Assembly: GCA_000934665.2 (NCBI GenBank)
Contig: KZ538092.1
Span: 1 to 64,000 of the forward strand
Length of the DNA: 64,000 nucleotides
Reading direction: 5' to 3'
DNA from: Catajapyx aquilonaris
Taxonomy: Eukaryota
Positions 41,047-53,115 of the stretch are shown here, one piece after another. The notes below the pieces were generated by a model that worked only from the letters and a program-made list of their open reading frames with translations, was not told the DNA's origin and did no database searches. Within the stretch, counting starts at the first letter, position 1. Every line of letters starts with the position of its first letter. The translations under genes were made by a program, and so were the position numbers.

Positions 41047-43766
41047 TAATTCCCGTAAGGGAATGCGAAACAGAGCAAAACAGAGCATACTTTGGTATTT
41101 TCTTTCAGGTAGCAAGCGTAAGATGCAACCTCGGAGGCTTAAAAATTACAAGTTTTAAACTGAGCTCGCATCCGCAACAATGAAAAATTTGGGAATGCTT
41201 GTTGCCTCCCCATCAAATTTTGAAGTAGTTTCATATACCATTGGCAGGCATGTTGATATTGTTGAATGAGCTCTCCAGTGGTATAATGTCCATAATTGAA
41301 GGTAACATGACGGGAGTGCAGTAATTGGAAATTTTTTCGCCATATGTGAGTGCACAGTCACGAGTGAGCGAAAATTGCTGTCAGTAACTTCCTCTTTGGT
41401 GCACATTGCAATGTTAACAGACACGGACATATCAACCTGATAACCGACTGATAAAGGTAAGGCAATACAAGAAACTGATATGATATAAATGCAAGGCTGA
41501 TTTGTACAGTACGTTACAGAGCATAATTTCCACTTGTCAAAATGTTATGCCTAATTTTTAGTAGTAATTATTGATTTGTTCCCTGTCTTTATCTCCAGAT
41601 GCCAGCCAGTGTGAGTTGGGACCATCAATAACATCAATGAAATGGAAATCACTTTAAAAATGAAATAAAAATGTTGCTGAATTGGAAACACTGTCCACAC
41701 TTCCATTTCCAAAAACCTGCACTTATTTGCAAATGCAGCATATTGATTAGCAATTTTATGGCCCAACCATACCAATAGCTATGCAGCATCCGGGCCAAAC
41801 TCTGCAACGGCTTGTTTCTCTTTCCTAAATTGCAGATTCTTGGGAGATCTTACAAGATTGTTGAACCGCACATAGCACGGCCCAACAATGTCAGCAATGA
41901 AGGCTTCAGTGTTTGAAGCCAGTGTCTCATCTGTAAGTGCAGAGGTCATATGACATTGAAAGCTGTGAAGGTCGCTTCAATCACGTCAATATTTTCCTCA
42001 ACTGCATGTTTTTTTGTTTTTTTTTCCTATTTCTGTGCAACACAGCTGTGATAGGAACAAAGAGGATCATATCCCTCTCCAGAGAGCTGTGGGTGGGGTC
42101 ACTGGGAATATGTGGGTGGTGGCGTCCTTCTTGGAGCCCCAGCCGTTGCCAAGGGGAAGACTCTATTTCTGTACAAAAACCCCCGCAGCTCTTTTTTTCC
42201 CCCCCCCATCTTCATCGCACCGGAAAAACTCCCAATTACTGCCATTAAGCGTCAAAGTCACCTCTAAACTAGCAACGTATTTTAAAAATTGGCAGCAATT
42301 TGGGGGACATGATTCAGGCACGTCGATCCACCCTCGTTTTAATGTATCATCAAACACACATGGTGCATATGTGCATTTTCAAGCTAGGGGACAATATATT
42401 TTTTTTCTCGTCTATATCCCACTAGGGGTTCAAGTAGGATGGTTTTATCAAGGCGAGGTTGCCAGATATAGAACCTGCTGGATAGATAACATCCCTTTGT
42501 TCCTGATGCGCCCGTGTTGTTTTTATATGCTGTTACCATCAGCTTCGGAAAAAGCAATCTCCCCCAACCAACCCCCACATCATGGTTGCCCAGGAAACAC
42601 TGTGGGGCTTCAACCCCCCCTCGTTGCCAGCATTTCCACTATATAGCTGGGTATGGCTATAAATAATATCAAAAGCTGTGGTCAAGCAATAACACAGCTG
42701 GAAATCCTGAGCACAATGCAGATACGGTGTTTTTTCCCCATTTAGAGGCGGTCTCTAAGGAGGAAAAAAGTCGTATCTGCATTGTGCTAAGGAAAAAAGC
42801 CGTATCTGACCAATGCAGATACGACTTTTTTTCTGTAGGAGGTGACGTCACAGTGCGTGTAAAGTTAGTTCTCTTTGAAATATGTGTGCATCGGCATCCC
42901 TGCTTTTGGCAGCCCTCCAGTTTAAAGGGGGACCAGCCTCCCCCGGATTTAAAGGGGGGTTATATAGGGTGGGCCTGATTTACCACCCCCCCTACTGTAT
43001 ACACCCCCCTTCCCCTCAGCATCACATGCCCCTCATTTCAACCTCCCCTAGTGGGTGGGATTTTACGGGGCGTAGTTTTCATGGCGCCCCAGCTGTTCCT
43101 ATGTTGCCGGATTTGGAGGGGGGGACCCATTCCCGGAACTACACCGGAACTGCATGCATGCATTTTGGGGGGGTAGTCACGGAATAGTGATTAGTTGCGG
43201 ATTTTCTGGGCCCGGTTTGGCAGACCCCCGGTCAATATTGATGCCAAATTATTTCATGTATACTGCACTGGTGAGGGAAAGAGCTCCATCATGATGCTGA
43301 AAATCGTTATAGGTTCGCCACCGGAACAATTCAGGGCTGGAGGGTGTGAAACATCCGTTGCAGGTACCTGCTGAACCAACAGTATTCTGACGTATTTCAT
43401 CGCAATTACAGGCTTCTAATTATACGTAATTAACCTCATGTTCCTAATGTTATTATTATTTTATCTGCGGTTTCAGCCGACTTTGTTATTGTTTTATTCA
43501 TTGCTACCGCCATGTAGTTAATTATCACCTGCCAATATAACTAGAGAGGGTTTAGGAATATAACTGGCGGAAATTATTGGGTATTTGCACAGAATTTTGG
43601 TCGTCATCCGTAATTGAATATTTAAAAATTACCGGGCAAGTGTTGCCAGACGAAGTGTCAGCGCTTCATCTGGCCACCTTGTACCAAGATGGCGGCGGTT
43701 GGCCATGCTTTAACGAACATTTCTTCTTAAAAAGTTGACCTTTTTGAGCTAATCTGAGTCGAAGCC

Positions 43767-45957
43767 ATGGTCACTCGGGTGTTGTTCAGGTCCGTGCTGG
43801 GCGTACCGGTACGTGGAAGACATGATTTGGCGACTAGGCTGATGGAAGCGGTGGAAAAGTCGTGTCCAAGAGGCACACCCCGTCGTGTTATTATCCAGGA
43901 GGCGATAGAGAGATTGCAGGAGGATTACACTCCGGATGTTGGAGTACCGAAGGAGATGGTGGAACGCATTGTGTACAGCTCCGTGGTGCATAGCAAGCGA
44001 ATGGAGATGGCTCCTGCACTGAGGAAGGCCACGGAAGGGAAGCTGATGCAACTGATGCAGGACACAACTTGGGAGGAAAATAAGAAAGGGATGCTGCCAG
44101 TTGCGCTTAAGTATTATGCGGATGAGTTTGAGCTGGATTCACCGAAGCAGACTGAAAGTGACAACGACAAGGAGGAGGAGGAGAGGAAGGTGGTGTTTCC
44201 GTACGCCATGTATAGCGACCCATACAAGCAACATGATATGTTGTATGAAGCGTTAGATCCAGATTTGGATCCGATGCCAGACCCGGATTCAGATGAGGTG
44301 TCGTCCTGGTGGGAGATGCGGTATGGCGTTCCAGACCCAAATGTGCCGTCAAGTAACGTACCGTGTGGAGGATGCGGCGCGTTTTTACATTGCCAGCGCA
44401 CGTCGCTTCCGGGGTTCCTACCGAGAGAGTTGTTTGTCGGAAGAAGCGATAAGGAGTTGCGATCTTCACTGTGCCAACGGTGTCACTACATGCGGCGGCA
44501 TCGTGTTGCACTGCAGGTGTCGGTGCATCCGGAGGAATATCCAGAACTGTTGTCGCGAATGGATCCACATGCTATGGTACTTCTGGTGGTGGATATGACC
44601 GACTTTCCATGCAGTTTGTGGCCTGGAGTGGCTGGCATAATAGGAAAGAGGCCTGTGTATCTAATCGGAAATAAGGTGGACTTGATTGCACCTGATGGAC
44701 ACGGATATCTTTCGAGGATTCAGGCACAACTGGAGAGGCATGTTAAGCGCCTGTTAGGTCGCAATGTACAAGAGACGTGTCTGGTAAGTGCCAGGACTGG
44801 ATTCGGTATCGAGAAACTTGTAACAAAGATACAGGCGCAGTATCTGAGCAAAGGTGGCGGTGACATGTACCTGTTGGGCTGTACCAATGTTGGGAAGTCA
44901 TCCCTATTCAACGCCTTCCTTCAGTCGGATCTTTGTAAAATAAAGGCTGTTGATATAATACGTCGTGCTACAACATCAGCATGGCCTGGAACAACACTCA
45001 ACCTTCTGAAGTTTCCCCTAATGCGACCACAAGGATGGCTTGTCCACCTCAGATTGGAACGAATTCAAGCGGAACGTGAGACCAGCAATGAAGCGGAATT
45101 ACGAAGTGACGTGCGTAAAGACATAGAGTATCCTAATCTAATTGGGCGAGTTGGTTTGACTTTACGGCCTCATGAAGGTCAAGCCTTGGAGGGGCGTGAT
45201 CCATTTGCTGTTAAGCAAAAAGAAGGAGACATGCCTTCCAGAAGAATTGGTCTGAATCCAAAGGACTTCAGAAATGAAATGTGGTGTTATGATACACCTG
45301 GTAGTGTAAGCAGCGAGCAGATACTTGACCTCCTCACATTGGAAGAGATTGGAAAGGTCTTACCATCAAAGATTCCACGCCCCAAAACCATAACTTTGCG
45401 ACCCAATCAGACTGTGTTCCTGGCTGGACTAGCCCGAGTCGACTTTTTGGGGTTTGGGACTGACGAGCCGCAGTACGAAAAGTCATTTGTACGTCTGACC
45501 CTGTTTGCATCAGAATTACTTCCAATCACAGTTGTTGCGTGTCATACGGCAGATGAATTGTATCAAAGCGCAGTAGGTACATCTCTTCTGGCAGTTCCAT
45601 TTGGTGGGCCGCAACGGATGGCTCACTGGCCCAAGTTGAGTGGAAAGGATGTGCAGGTGACTGGAGTTGGACGTGACACATGCTGTGCTGATCTGGTGCT
45701 GTCTTCTGCAGGTAGGGTATTGCACAAAAGTACCCTTGTCAAGTTGGAAGTTGCAGTACAATAGGTTTACACTTGTAGGATGGATGGCTGTTACAGCAGG
45801 GAAGGATCTTGTGTGCAGATTCCGAGTCCACACTCCAGATGGACGCGGTATACACGTGAGGTCACCAGCACTTCTTCCTAAAGCAGTCACTCTGAGTGGG
45901 AAACGCATCCCGAGGACCCCTGTGCACTCTCCGGGGTACTTTTTTGTACCGAAGTAA
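43767..45957 (+). CDS. NOA1: Nitric oxide-associated protein 1, mitochondrial circularly permuted GTPase (YqeH family), about 707 aa
   Basis: Exons 43767-45711 and 45779-45957. Zn finger CGGCG...CQRC, G4 GNKVDL, G5 VSARTGFGI, G1 GCTNVGKSS, G2 WPGTT, G3 DTPG in permuted order; Arg-rich mitochondrial-presequence-like N-terminus. Confidence 0.95.
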
Positions 45958-46246
45958 AGCGTTGGCGACTACTTGGAAGACAGGAACTAAATTAATACAA
46001 AATAACTTCACATTGATGTGATTTCTCAACCAAAAATAAAGCAGTCACCACTGTATTGTGTACATACTGTACATTGAAAACTAAAGACATGTAACTTTCA
46101 ACATGGCATGCTCAACAGGAAAATGTTCACATTTAACATGTTAACATAAATAATATTTGCACTGAATAAACATAACGCCTTATAGTTTATCACTAAAGTA
46201 ACATTGTACCCTATAACATCTGTACATCCGAGCAGTAAAGAATATG

Positions 46247-47916
46247 TCAGTCGCAATGCATGGGCGTATTCTCAGGACTAGCAGGCTGGCTGGAGTATCC
46301 AGCATCAGGCGATGGAGTTGGAGCTGGATTCTTTTGCTGCTCATCTTTCTGAGACACCCTGCAAAAGAGAAGCTGCACAGTTATGATGCGGACCTGTAAT
46401 GATGCTTGTGACGTAACTGGTTCAGGAGGCAGACACATGATGATATGACAGAAGGCGGGAAGTGCGTTACTGGATACACTCCAGGTACGGAGGGGAGCAT
46501 TGCTTGATGAGCTGCCACCACCGCACTTGCTGCAACTATTGACGGCTGGCAGTTTATGAATCTTGGCTCTGAAATGTAACGAGGAATGTTTTTGCTGGCA
46601 ATTTTGCAGTCGATGCAGTATTTTGTAACAATATTAAGGCTTAAAAAATTAATTATAGGAGGCTACGTCCAATCTGATTTCTATTTGCTTTTGCACTATA
46701 GATCGGATGTGTATTTTTTTTAACTTGTCCAATTTAAAAAGGATGCAACACTACATATTAACCACACTTATCATTTTACAAGGCAATTATAAAACATTTA
46801 TATTAGCACAAATGTTAGTAATCACAAAATACATGTGGCCGATTCCACCAATGAGATTACCGATTCAATAGCCCCCAACAGATCATTAGCACATGTTAAA
46901 GGGGCTCCTAACGATCCATTAGGGGCTATCAGATCAGTTATTTCGGTTGGTGCAATCGGGGGCATAAGTGTGGAAGACACTGCACCTTAATTCCTCACAG
47001 CGAACTCCAACTTGACTTGACCACAAAATTTCCACAATATGGATTATGAGGGCAGTCTTTTTCTTCCATACGACACAACAATTGCTATTATTTCAGCTTG
47101 TTCAATGAGGTTGTCTAGAACTTGGGACAACCTGTAACATAGACATTGTTAAGAGAACTACTCCACCACCACAAAATGTGTTAAATCCCGCCACAGTCAC
47201 GAAATTGTATTTACACCGAACCGAGAAGTGACATGTTGAGGAAGTGCTGAACATTCTCCCTGAACTGATGCTCCATGTCCGCCCTGCTCCCTCCGTCCCA
47301 TCCCGTGCCTTTGGGCCAAGCTGTTAATGCAGACAGAACGTAGTACTCAGCAAAGGTGGCCGCAGTTGGCAGCACAAGCTTCCAGTCAAAGAAGCGAAGC
47401 ACTGCTGCCTCTAACACCAGGTACGACCTTGCAGAGTACCTCCCTTGGGCATAACGGGAAATCAACATCTGTAACCCAATAATAGTGTTAAAAACATGGG
47501 CAACAATTTCATGGAAAGTAAGTACCTGTATGCGTGGTACTAGTTGGTCGCGATCCTCCATTTTCGCAGCCAGGATAACGCAGCCGAATGTGACCATGTA
47601 AAGTTGTTGTTCAGCAATACTGTGGTTGTCCATAAAGTGATCCAGAAGGTATACGGAAAGATGAAGAGTGTTGGTGTTCAGATGGAAGCTCTCCGTTGCT
47701 TGAAACAGAAGCTCCACCAGTCGTCTACGGTGTGACAGCTACAAAATAGGAGGGGGCAAGTTTTACTCCATAATAACTAAATATTTTGACCTATATTAAA
47801 TGTACTTGTGGTGATCTTCCTTGGTAGTGCCTCCTTTTGAGTTCTTCCCTTCTTAGAGCCTTCACTATGTCGGAAGCATACTCTTCCGTCCACCACTGCT
47901 GAGAATACAAGCTCAT
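46247..47916 (-). CDS. CCNJ: Cyclin J, about 277 aa
   Basis: Exons 47916-47806, 47738-47526, 47468-47222, 46568-46418, 46358-46247 (834 nt in frame). MSLYSQQWWTEEYASDIVKALRREELKRRHYQGRSPQLSHRR and HLSVYLLDHFMD...GCVILAAKMED match cyclin J; second cyclin fold begins EPRFINCQPSIVAASAV. Confidence 0.9.
46839..46959. mobile_element. Degenerate hairpin MITE in cyclin J intron 3
   Basis: CCGATTCCACCAATGAGATTACCGATTCAATAGCCCC is an imperfect inverted repeat of GGGGCTATCAGATCAGTTATTTCGGTTGGTGCAATCGG. Confidence 0.5.
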
Positions 47917-48849
47917 CCTTCCTGGCTTCCCAGCCTTTCTTACCCTTTCACCATGACTGTTCTAGAAGCACAACTTTTACAATTAAAAATAAATATACAT
48001 TTAAAGACATGCAAGATTTGCCATGTTTGCTCTTGTCACATGTGCTTTCAGGTTGGGTGCGTACGAATGGATCGCGTAATACGTCACGCATATGGAACTT
48101 TTCGCCGTAAGCCCGTAATGGAGATAAAAGTTATGTGGTGATTAATATATATGCTACACTTTTATGTACACATATTTTTAAATACACATATGCCCCTAAT
48201 ATTCAACAGAACCGATATTATTTAACTAGCTGAAATCACACACGCGCATTCAGTAGCAGCCAAACTTTTGATGTCGATTTTAACACACTCCGGTTATAAA
48301 AATTGATTTAAACCTGTACATGCACCTCTTTTACATTTTATAGAAATAAAAATAACTACCCAGCATTTAACTGACCATGTTTTGCTAAAACCAACCTCTT
48401 GAAAAAATACACCTGTTTTGACATTCGCTAATTTGCTCCAATAGTCTGCTTCTTTATTGCCAACCGGACCAATCGAATTCCATGAATTTAGTATGTAGCT
48501 CCGCCCACTAATATTGTACGACAAATCCGATGTTGAATTTGCAAGGACGCATTCGGACCGCCGGATACCGAACCGACTGGGCGCGAAATTTAATTGCGAT
48601 TAACCGCCCTAAATTTTCTTCGCCCGTTTAAACCAGGTTTGATTTCGCCCCGGGGCCAACACCGGGGCCTGGATTATCCCGGGAAAAAAAAGAAGCCGGC
48701 ATCCTCCACCAGCTCCCCCTGGTCCCCAAAAAAGGAAATGGCCGCCGGACCGGCAGCGGAGTAGACGTCTCGCATAATCGGTCGTGTGTGGCAGCCTCGG
48801 ATATTCAGAAGATCTCTCTAAATACTTCTCACTTCCTATCAACACTGAG

Positions 48850-51800
48850 ATGTCCTACTCTGGAAGTAAGTACAAAGGTTTACTGTACATGACAAAGCAA
48901 AAAAGAAGAAGAGAGGGTGACCTGGTTTTATTTAAAATGGATGTGAGTCACCAGAAGGCGGCTCGAAATTATCAGTGATTAGGAAGCGAGCCACACCCTC
49001 AATACATGATAGCCCTTTTTGTGTGGCGGATAATTTTTTTTTTAACTTTGGGAAATTCTTTTATGTAATGCCTATGTGGCATTGTCAACAGGTGTAGCTT
49101 GGTCATACCATAAATGGTCATAAACCATGTGATTCATTCAATGTGCTAAAAATGTGTGGATTGCTTTTTTTCCCCCCGACAGAGTACGTCTTTGCTGCCC
49201 TTCCAAGGACTGGAAGAGGACAACCGTTGGTCTTGGGAGGTGACCCCAAGGGCAAGAACTTCCTCTACACTAATGGAAACAGCGTAATTATTAGGAACAT
49301 TGAGGTAAGTTGACACAAAGACAAATCGGCAGGAAAATTGTTGCTATCGTTTGAGACTGAATCATCTGGTTATCTGATGACCTTTCAATGTTAGTTGCAT
49401 AATGAAGCAAAAAATGGTGCTTGCGAATAGGGTTTCGGTGCGAATTGTTCTGCTGTTGCTTGACATGTACGTAATGGATATCCATGTTTGAATTGGATCT
49501 GTTCCAACAGCTGTGGTTGACCTAGCAACTATTTTCTGCAGTGTATTGAGTTACAATGCGTAACAGGTATGGCGAGGCTCTGCATTTTGTCAAAATTAAG
49601 AGTCTGAAACTTTGGGTCAATGGCTGCCAGTACTATCTCACTGTACAGTAACTATGTCTCAGGTCATAAAGGCCTTGAATGGGTTTCCGGAAGAGGAAAA
49701 AGAGGTCTAAGGGAAAGTTGCCAGGACTTGTGGCTGCCAAAATCATTCATGGTGGCAAGTCTGGAAATAGAATTTTTCGGCCGCCCACTTTTCACAAACA
49801 AAACCGGAAAATTCCTACGTGTCGGCCAAAAGTTGTGAAGCAGCTACCGTATTTTTTTTTCTTCTTCTTTTTCCTGCCCATCAGTGCATAATTTTGCATT
49901 TGATTGTTAACGCTTGTGTCATGTGCCATTTTCTGCAAATTTAATGCAAAATTTTATTGTTAGGTTGCAATGTACGCTATCAATTGTGCAAGTAAAATAA
50001 TAATTTCTTTCAGAACCCTGCTATAAGTGATATCTACACTGAACATTCGACCCAAGTAAATGTCGCCAAGTATTCGCCAAGTGGTTTTTACATTGCATCT
50101 GGAGGTATGATAGTTAAATGTTAGACTTGACATCGTATTATATTTATACTTTTGTTGATTTCAGACCAGCTGGGCCGAATTAGAATTTGGGATACGGTGA
50201 ACAAGGAGCACATTTTGAAGAATGAGTTCCAGCCAATCGCAGGCCCCATCAAGGACATCAGCTGGTCGCCCGACAGCCAGAGGATGGTTGTGGTTGGAGA
50301 GGGCAGGGAGAGGTGGGCCAGCTTTTAATTTTAGTCACATGTCTTTTAGCATGTCTGACAGTACTGGCGGAACAAAGAGTGAAGCCAATTGTAAAGACGA
50401 CCTAGTGTCCTACATCTCGCATTGTTCGGCATCATCATTAATTGTAATAAACATATTTGTTGAATTTTTTAATAATAATCATGACGGGAATGTCGTTTAA
50501 GTTGAGTAGTTTGTTAAGTTGATAATTGCCGTCACAGTTGAGAGTGCAGCTTGCTTCAACTCTTGCTTTTGAACTATTATTGCAGATTTGGGCATGTTTT
50601 CATGGCCGATACGGGCACCTCTGTTGGAGAGATATCCGGGCAATCCAAGCCCATCAACTCGGCTGATTTCCGTCCAGCCCGTCCCTTCCGCATTGTGACT
50701 GGCAGTGAGGATAACACCATCGGAGTGTTTGAAGGTCCTCCTTTCAAGTTCAAGATGACCAAACAGGAGCATACGCGATTCGTGCAGGCCGTTCGTTACT
50801 CCCCATCAGGCAACTTGTTTGCTTCTGCCGGGTTTGATGGGAAAGTTTACGTGTATGATGGGACCTCCTCAGATCTGGTGGGGGAGATTGGAGCTCCTGC
50901 ACATGCTGGGGGTGTTTATGGGGTGAGTCAATATATTTATCCTGAATTTTTGTTATGGCAGTAAATTCAGAAGGACATGAGAAACCTGCATCACTGAAAT
51001 ATGACTAAGAAGAATAATAAGTCAATGTCAAAAGTTGGTTACTTACCTTCCATGACTTTGACAGAAGATGTATCACTTTCTGGCGTAAGTCACAAACGTT
51101 TGGTATTGAACATGCTTGACTTTTACAGACTGAACATGCGCTTGCAAAATTTTTGGCAATATTACTTTATTGATGTAATTTTTTTATATTCAGGTTGCAT
51201 GGAGTCCTGATGGCCGACAGATCCTGACTGCATCAGGGGACAAGACATGTCGTCTGTGGGATGTGGAGACCCGAGGGATGGTTTGCGAGTTTGTGATGGG
51301 ATCGCAGGTTGAAGACCAGCAGGTCTCCTGCCTGTGGCAAGGTCCACACCTGCTCTCTGTCTCACTCTCAGGATTCATCAATTACCTAGACCCCAACAAT
51401 CCTTCCAAGCATGCACGCATCGTCAAGGTAATTATACTGCCACTTTAAAAAATATCTGTCACCGTCACTATACAGAGCAGCTTAATATAAAAACACATTA
51501 ATGAAAAGTTAGTGCTTCGGCTGTACTTGTCACATTAAAGCATACGAATTGTATGGAAATGTTGACAGTTACATGTTACTGAGAAGAAGAAAAAGAAATT
51601 TGCTGACTGAAATGCCATTAATTTGTTTTGCCAGGGCCACAACAAGCCAATCACTGCACTGACGTTGACCCCAGACCGATCTTCCATATTCACTGCTTCC
51701 CATGATGGCTTTCTGACCCGTTGGGGGTCAAACACTGGTGAGACGGAGAGAGTGCACGGAGGAGGACATGGCAACCAGGTGAACGGGATGAGGTGTGTCG

Positions 51801-53115
51801 GTGATGGATCGCTGTACACCTGTGGGATAGACGACACCCTGAGGGAGGTAGACCTCTCTACCTGCGCCTATGTTCCCATGGAGGTCAAGCTGGGATCGCA
51901 GCCAAGAGGCATGGACACTTGTGATGGAGTGATAATTTCTGCGTCAGTAAATTCTGTAAGTTTACATGGTATTAACGTGATGTGCCAGACCCTTCCTGTG
52001 CGATGTCCCTTTACTTAGCGTACTTCATTCTCGTTACAGATCAATGTGATTGAGAGCAGGAAGATAGTGTCATCCATACCAATCGATTACGAACCTTCTG
52101 GAGTGGCCATGAATGCCGGGGACAGCCATGACGTTGCTGTAGGAGGCTCTTCAGACAGCAAGGTGAGCATTTTAATTGCCATTCTTCAGAAATTCCAGAT
52201 CCCACGGAATGCAATCAAGTTGCCACAAGTATGGGAGGCAGGAATCTCAATTAAAGGCGCCTCCTTCATGAGTTGACTCACCTCTCTCAAGTGGTTCGGT
52301 AAGAGGCAGAAAAGAAGAGAGGTCATAATATGTGAAATATGATGATGGTGCTTATTGAGACAGATTCATGTTGTGGTGTGCATACTGGAGGGGTTAAGGG
52401 CCTTCGGGATCCTGGGTTTTGTCTTCGAGTGAGTGTATTTCTGAATGTGGTTTCTTCGAAAGAGTTGAAGTGAAGGCTCTTTTCCTACCCTGTTCATTTC
52501 ATGCACTAAATAGTTTTTTCTCTCTCTGTACTGTGCAGGTCCATATCTACACGCTAGTTGGACGAAACTTGACACCAAAGCAGACTCTTGATCACCTGGG
52601 TGGGATCACAGATGTAGCCTATTCTCCCGACAACCAGTTTCTGGCTGTCAGCGATTCCAACAGGAAGGTCATTGTTTACCGGCTGCCAAACTATGACCTG
52701 GCTCACAACAAGGAGTGGGGCTTCCATAGTGCGAAGGTCAATTGTGTTGCGTGGTCACCAGACTCGCAACGGGTTGCCAGTGGGAGTTTGGACACCCACA
52801 TTATTGTGTGGAGTTTGCAAAACCCAGGGAAGCATCTCTACATTAAAAGTGAGTTTATTTTAATATTATTCCTACTGATACATGGTTTACATACTGGTCC
52901 CACCTGTTCTGATGTGTTATGACAATGATATGAGACGAAATGATATGGAGGTTGCACGTTATAGTGAGTAGATCACTAGGTATTAACTGATGCCTTGTGT
53001 TTCAGACGCTCATCCTCAAAGCCAAATAACACGTCTGCTGTGGCTGGACGACCAGACGGTTGTGTCAACGGGTCAGGACTGCAACACCAAGATTTGGAAC
53101 GTGGAATTTGACTAG
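48850..53115 (+). CDS. WDR1: Actin-interacting protein 1 / WD repeat protein 1 (Drosophila flare), about 603 aa
   Basis: Exons 48850-48865, 49183-49304, 50014-50104, 50165-50312, 50586-50922, 51194-51427, 51635-51955, 52040-52162, 52539-52848, 53006-53115 (1812 nt in frame). Diagnostic [79 protein letters not shown]. Confidence 0.97.

Noticed and set aside
41049..41080. Hammerhead ribozyme (hairpin followed by CGAAAC)
   Set aside because: No CUGANGA core before the stem; other CTGATGA sites (58753, 59893) also lack a properly closed stem II followed by GAAA.
51027..51112. H/ACA-like hairpin-hinge-hairpin in WDR1 intron 5
   Set aside because: Too short (about 90 nt) and the second hairpin is weak.
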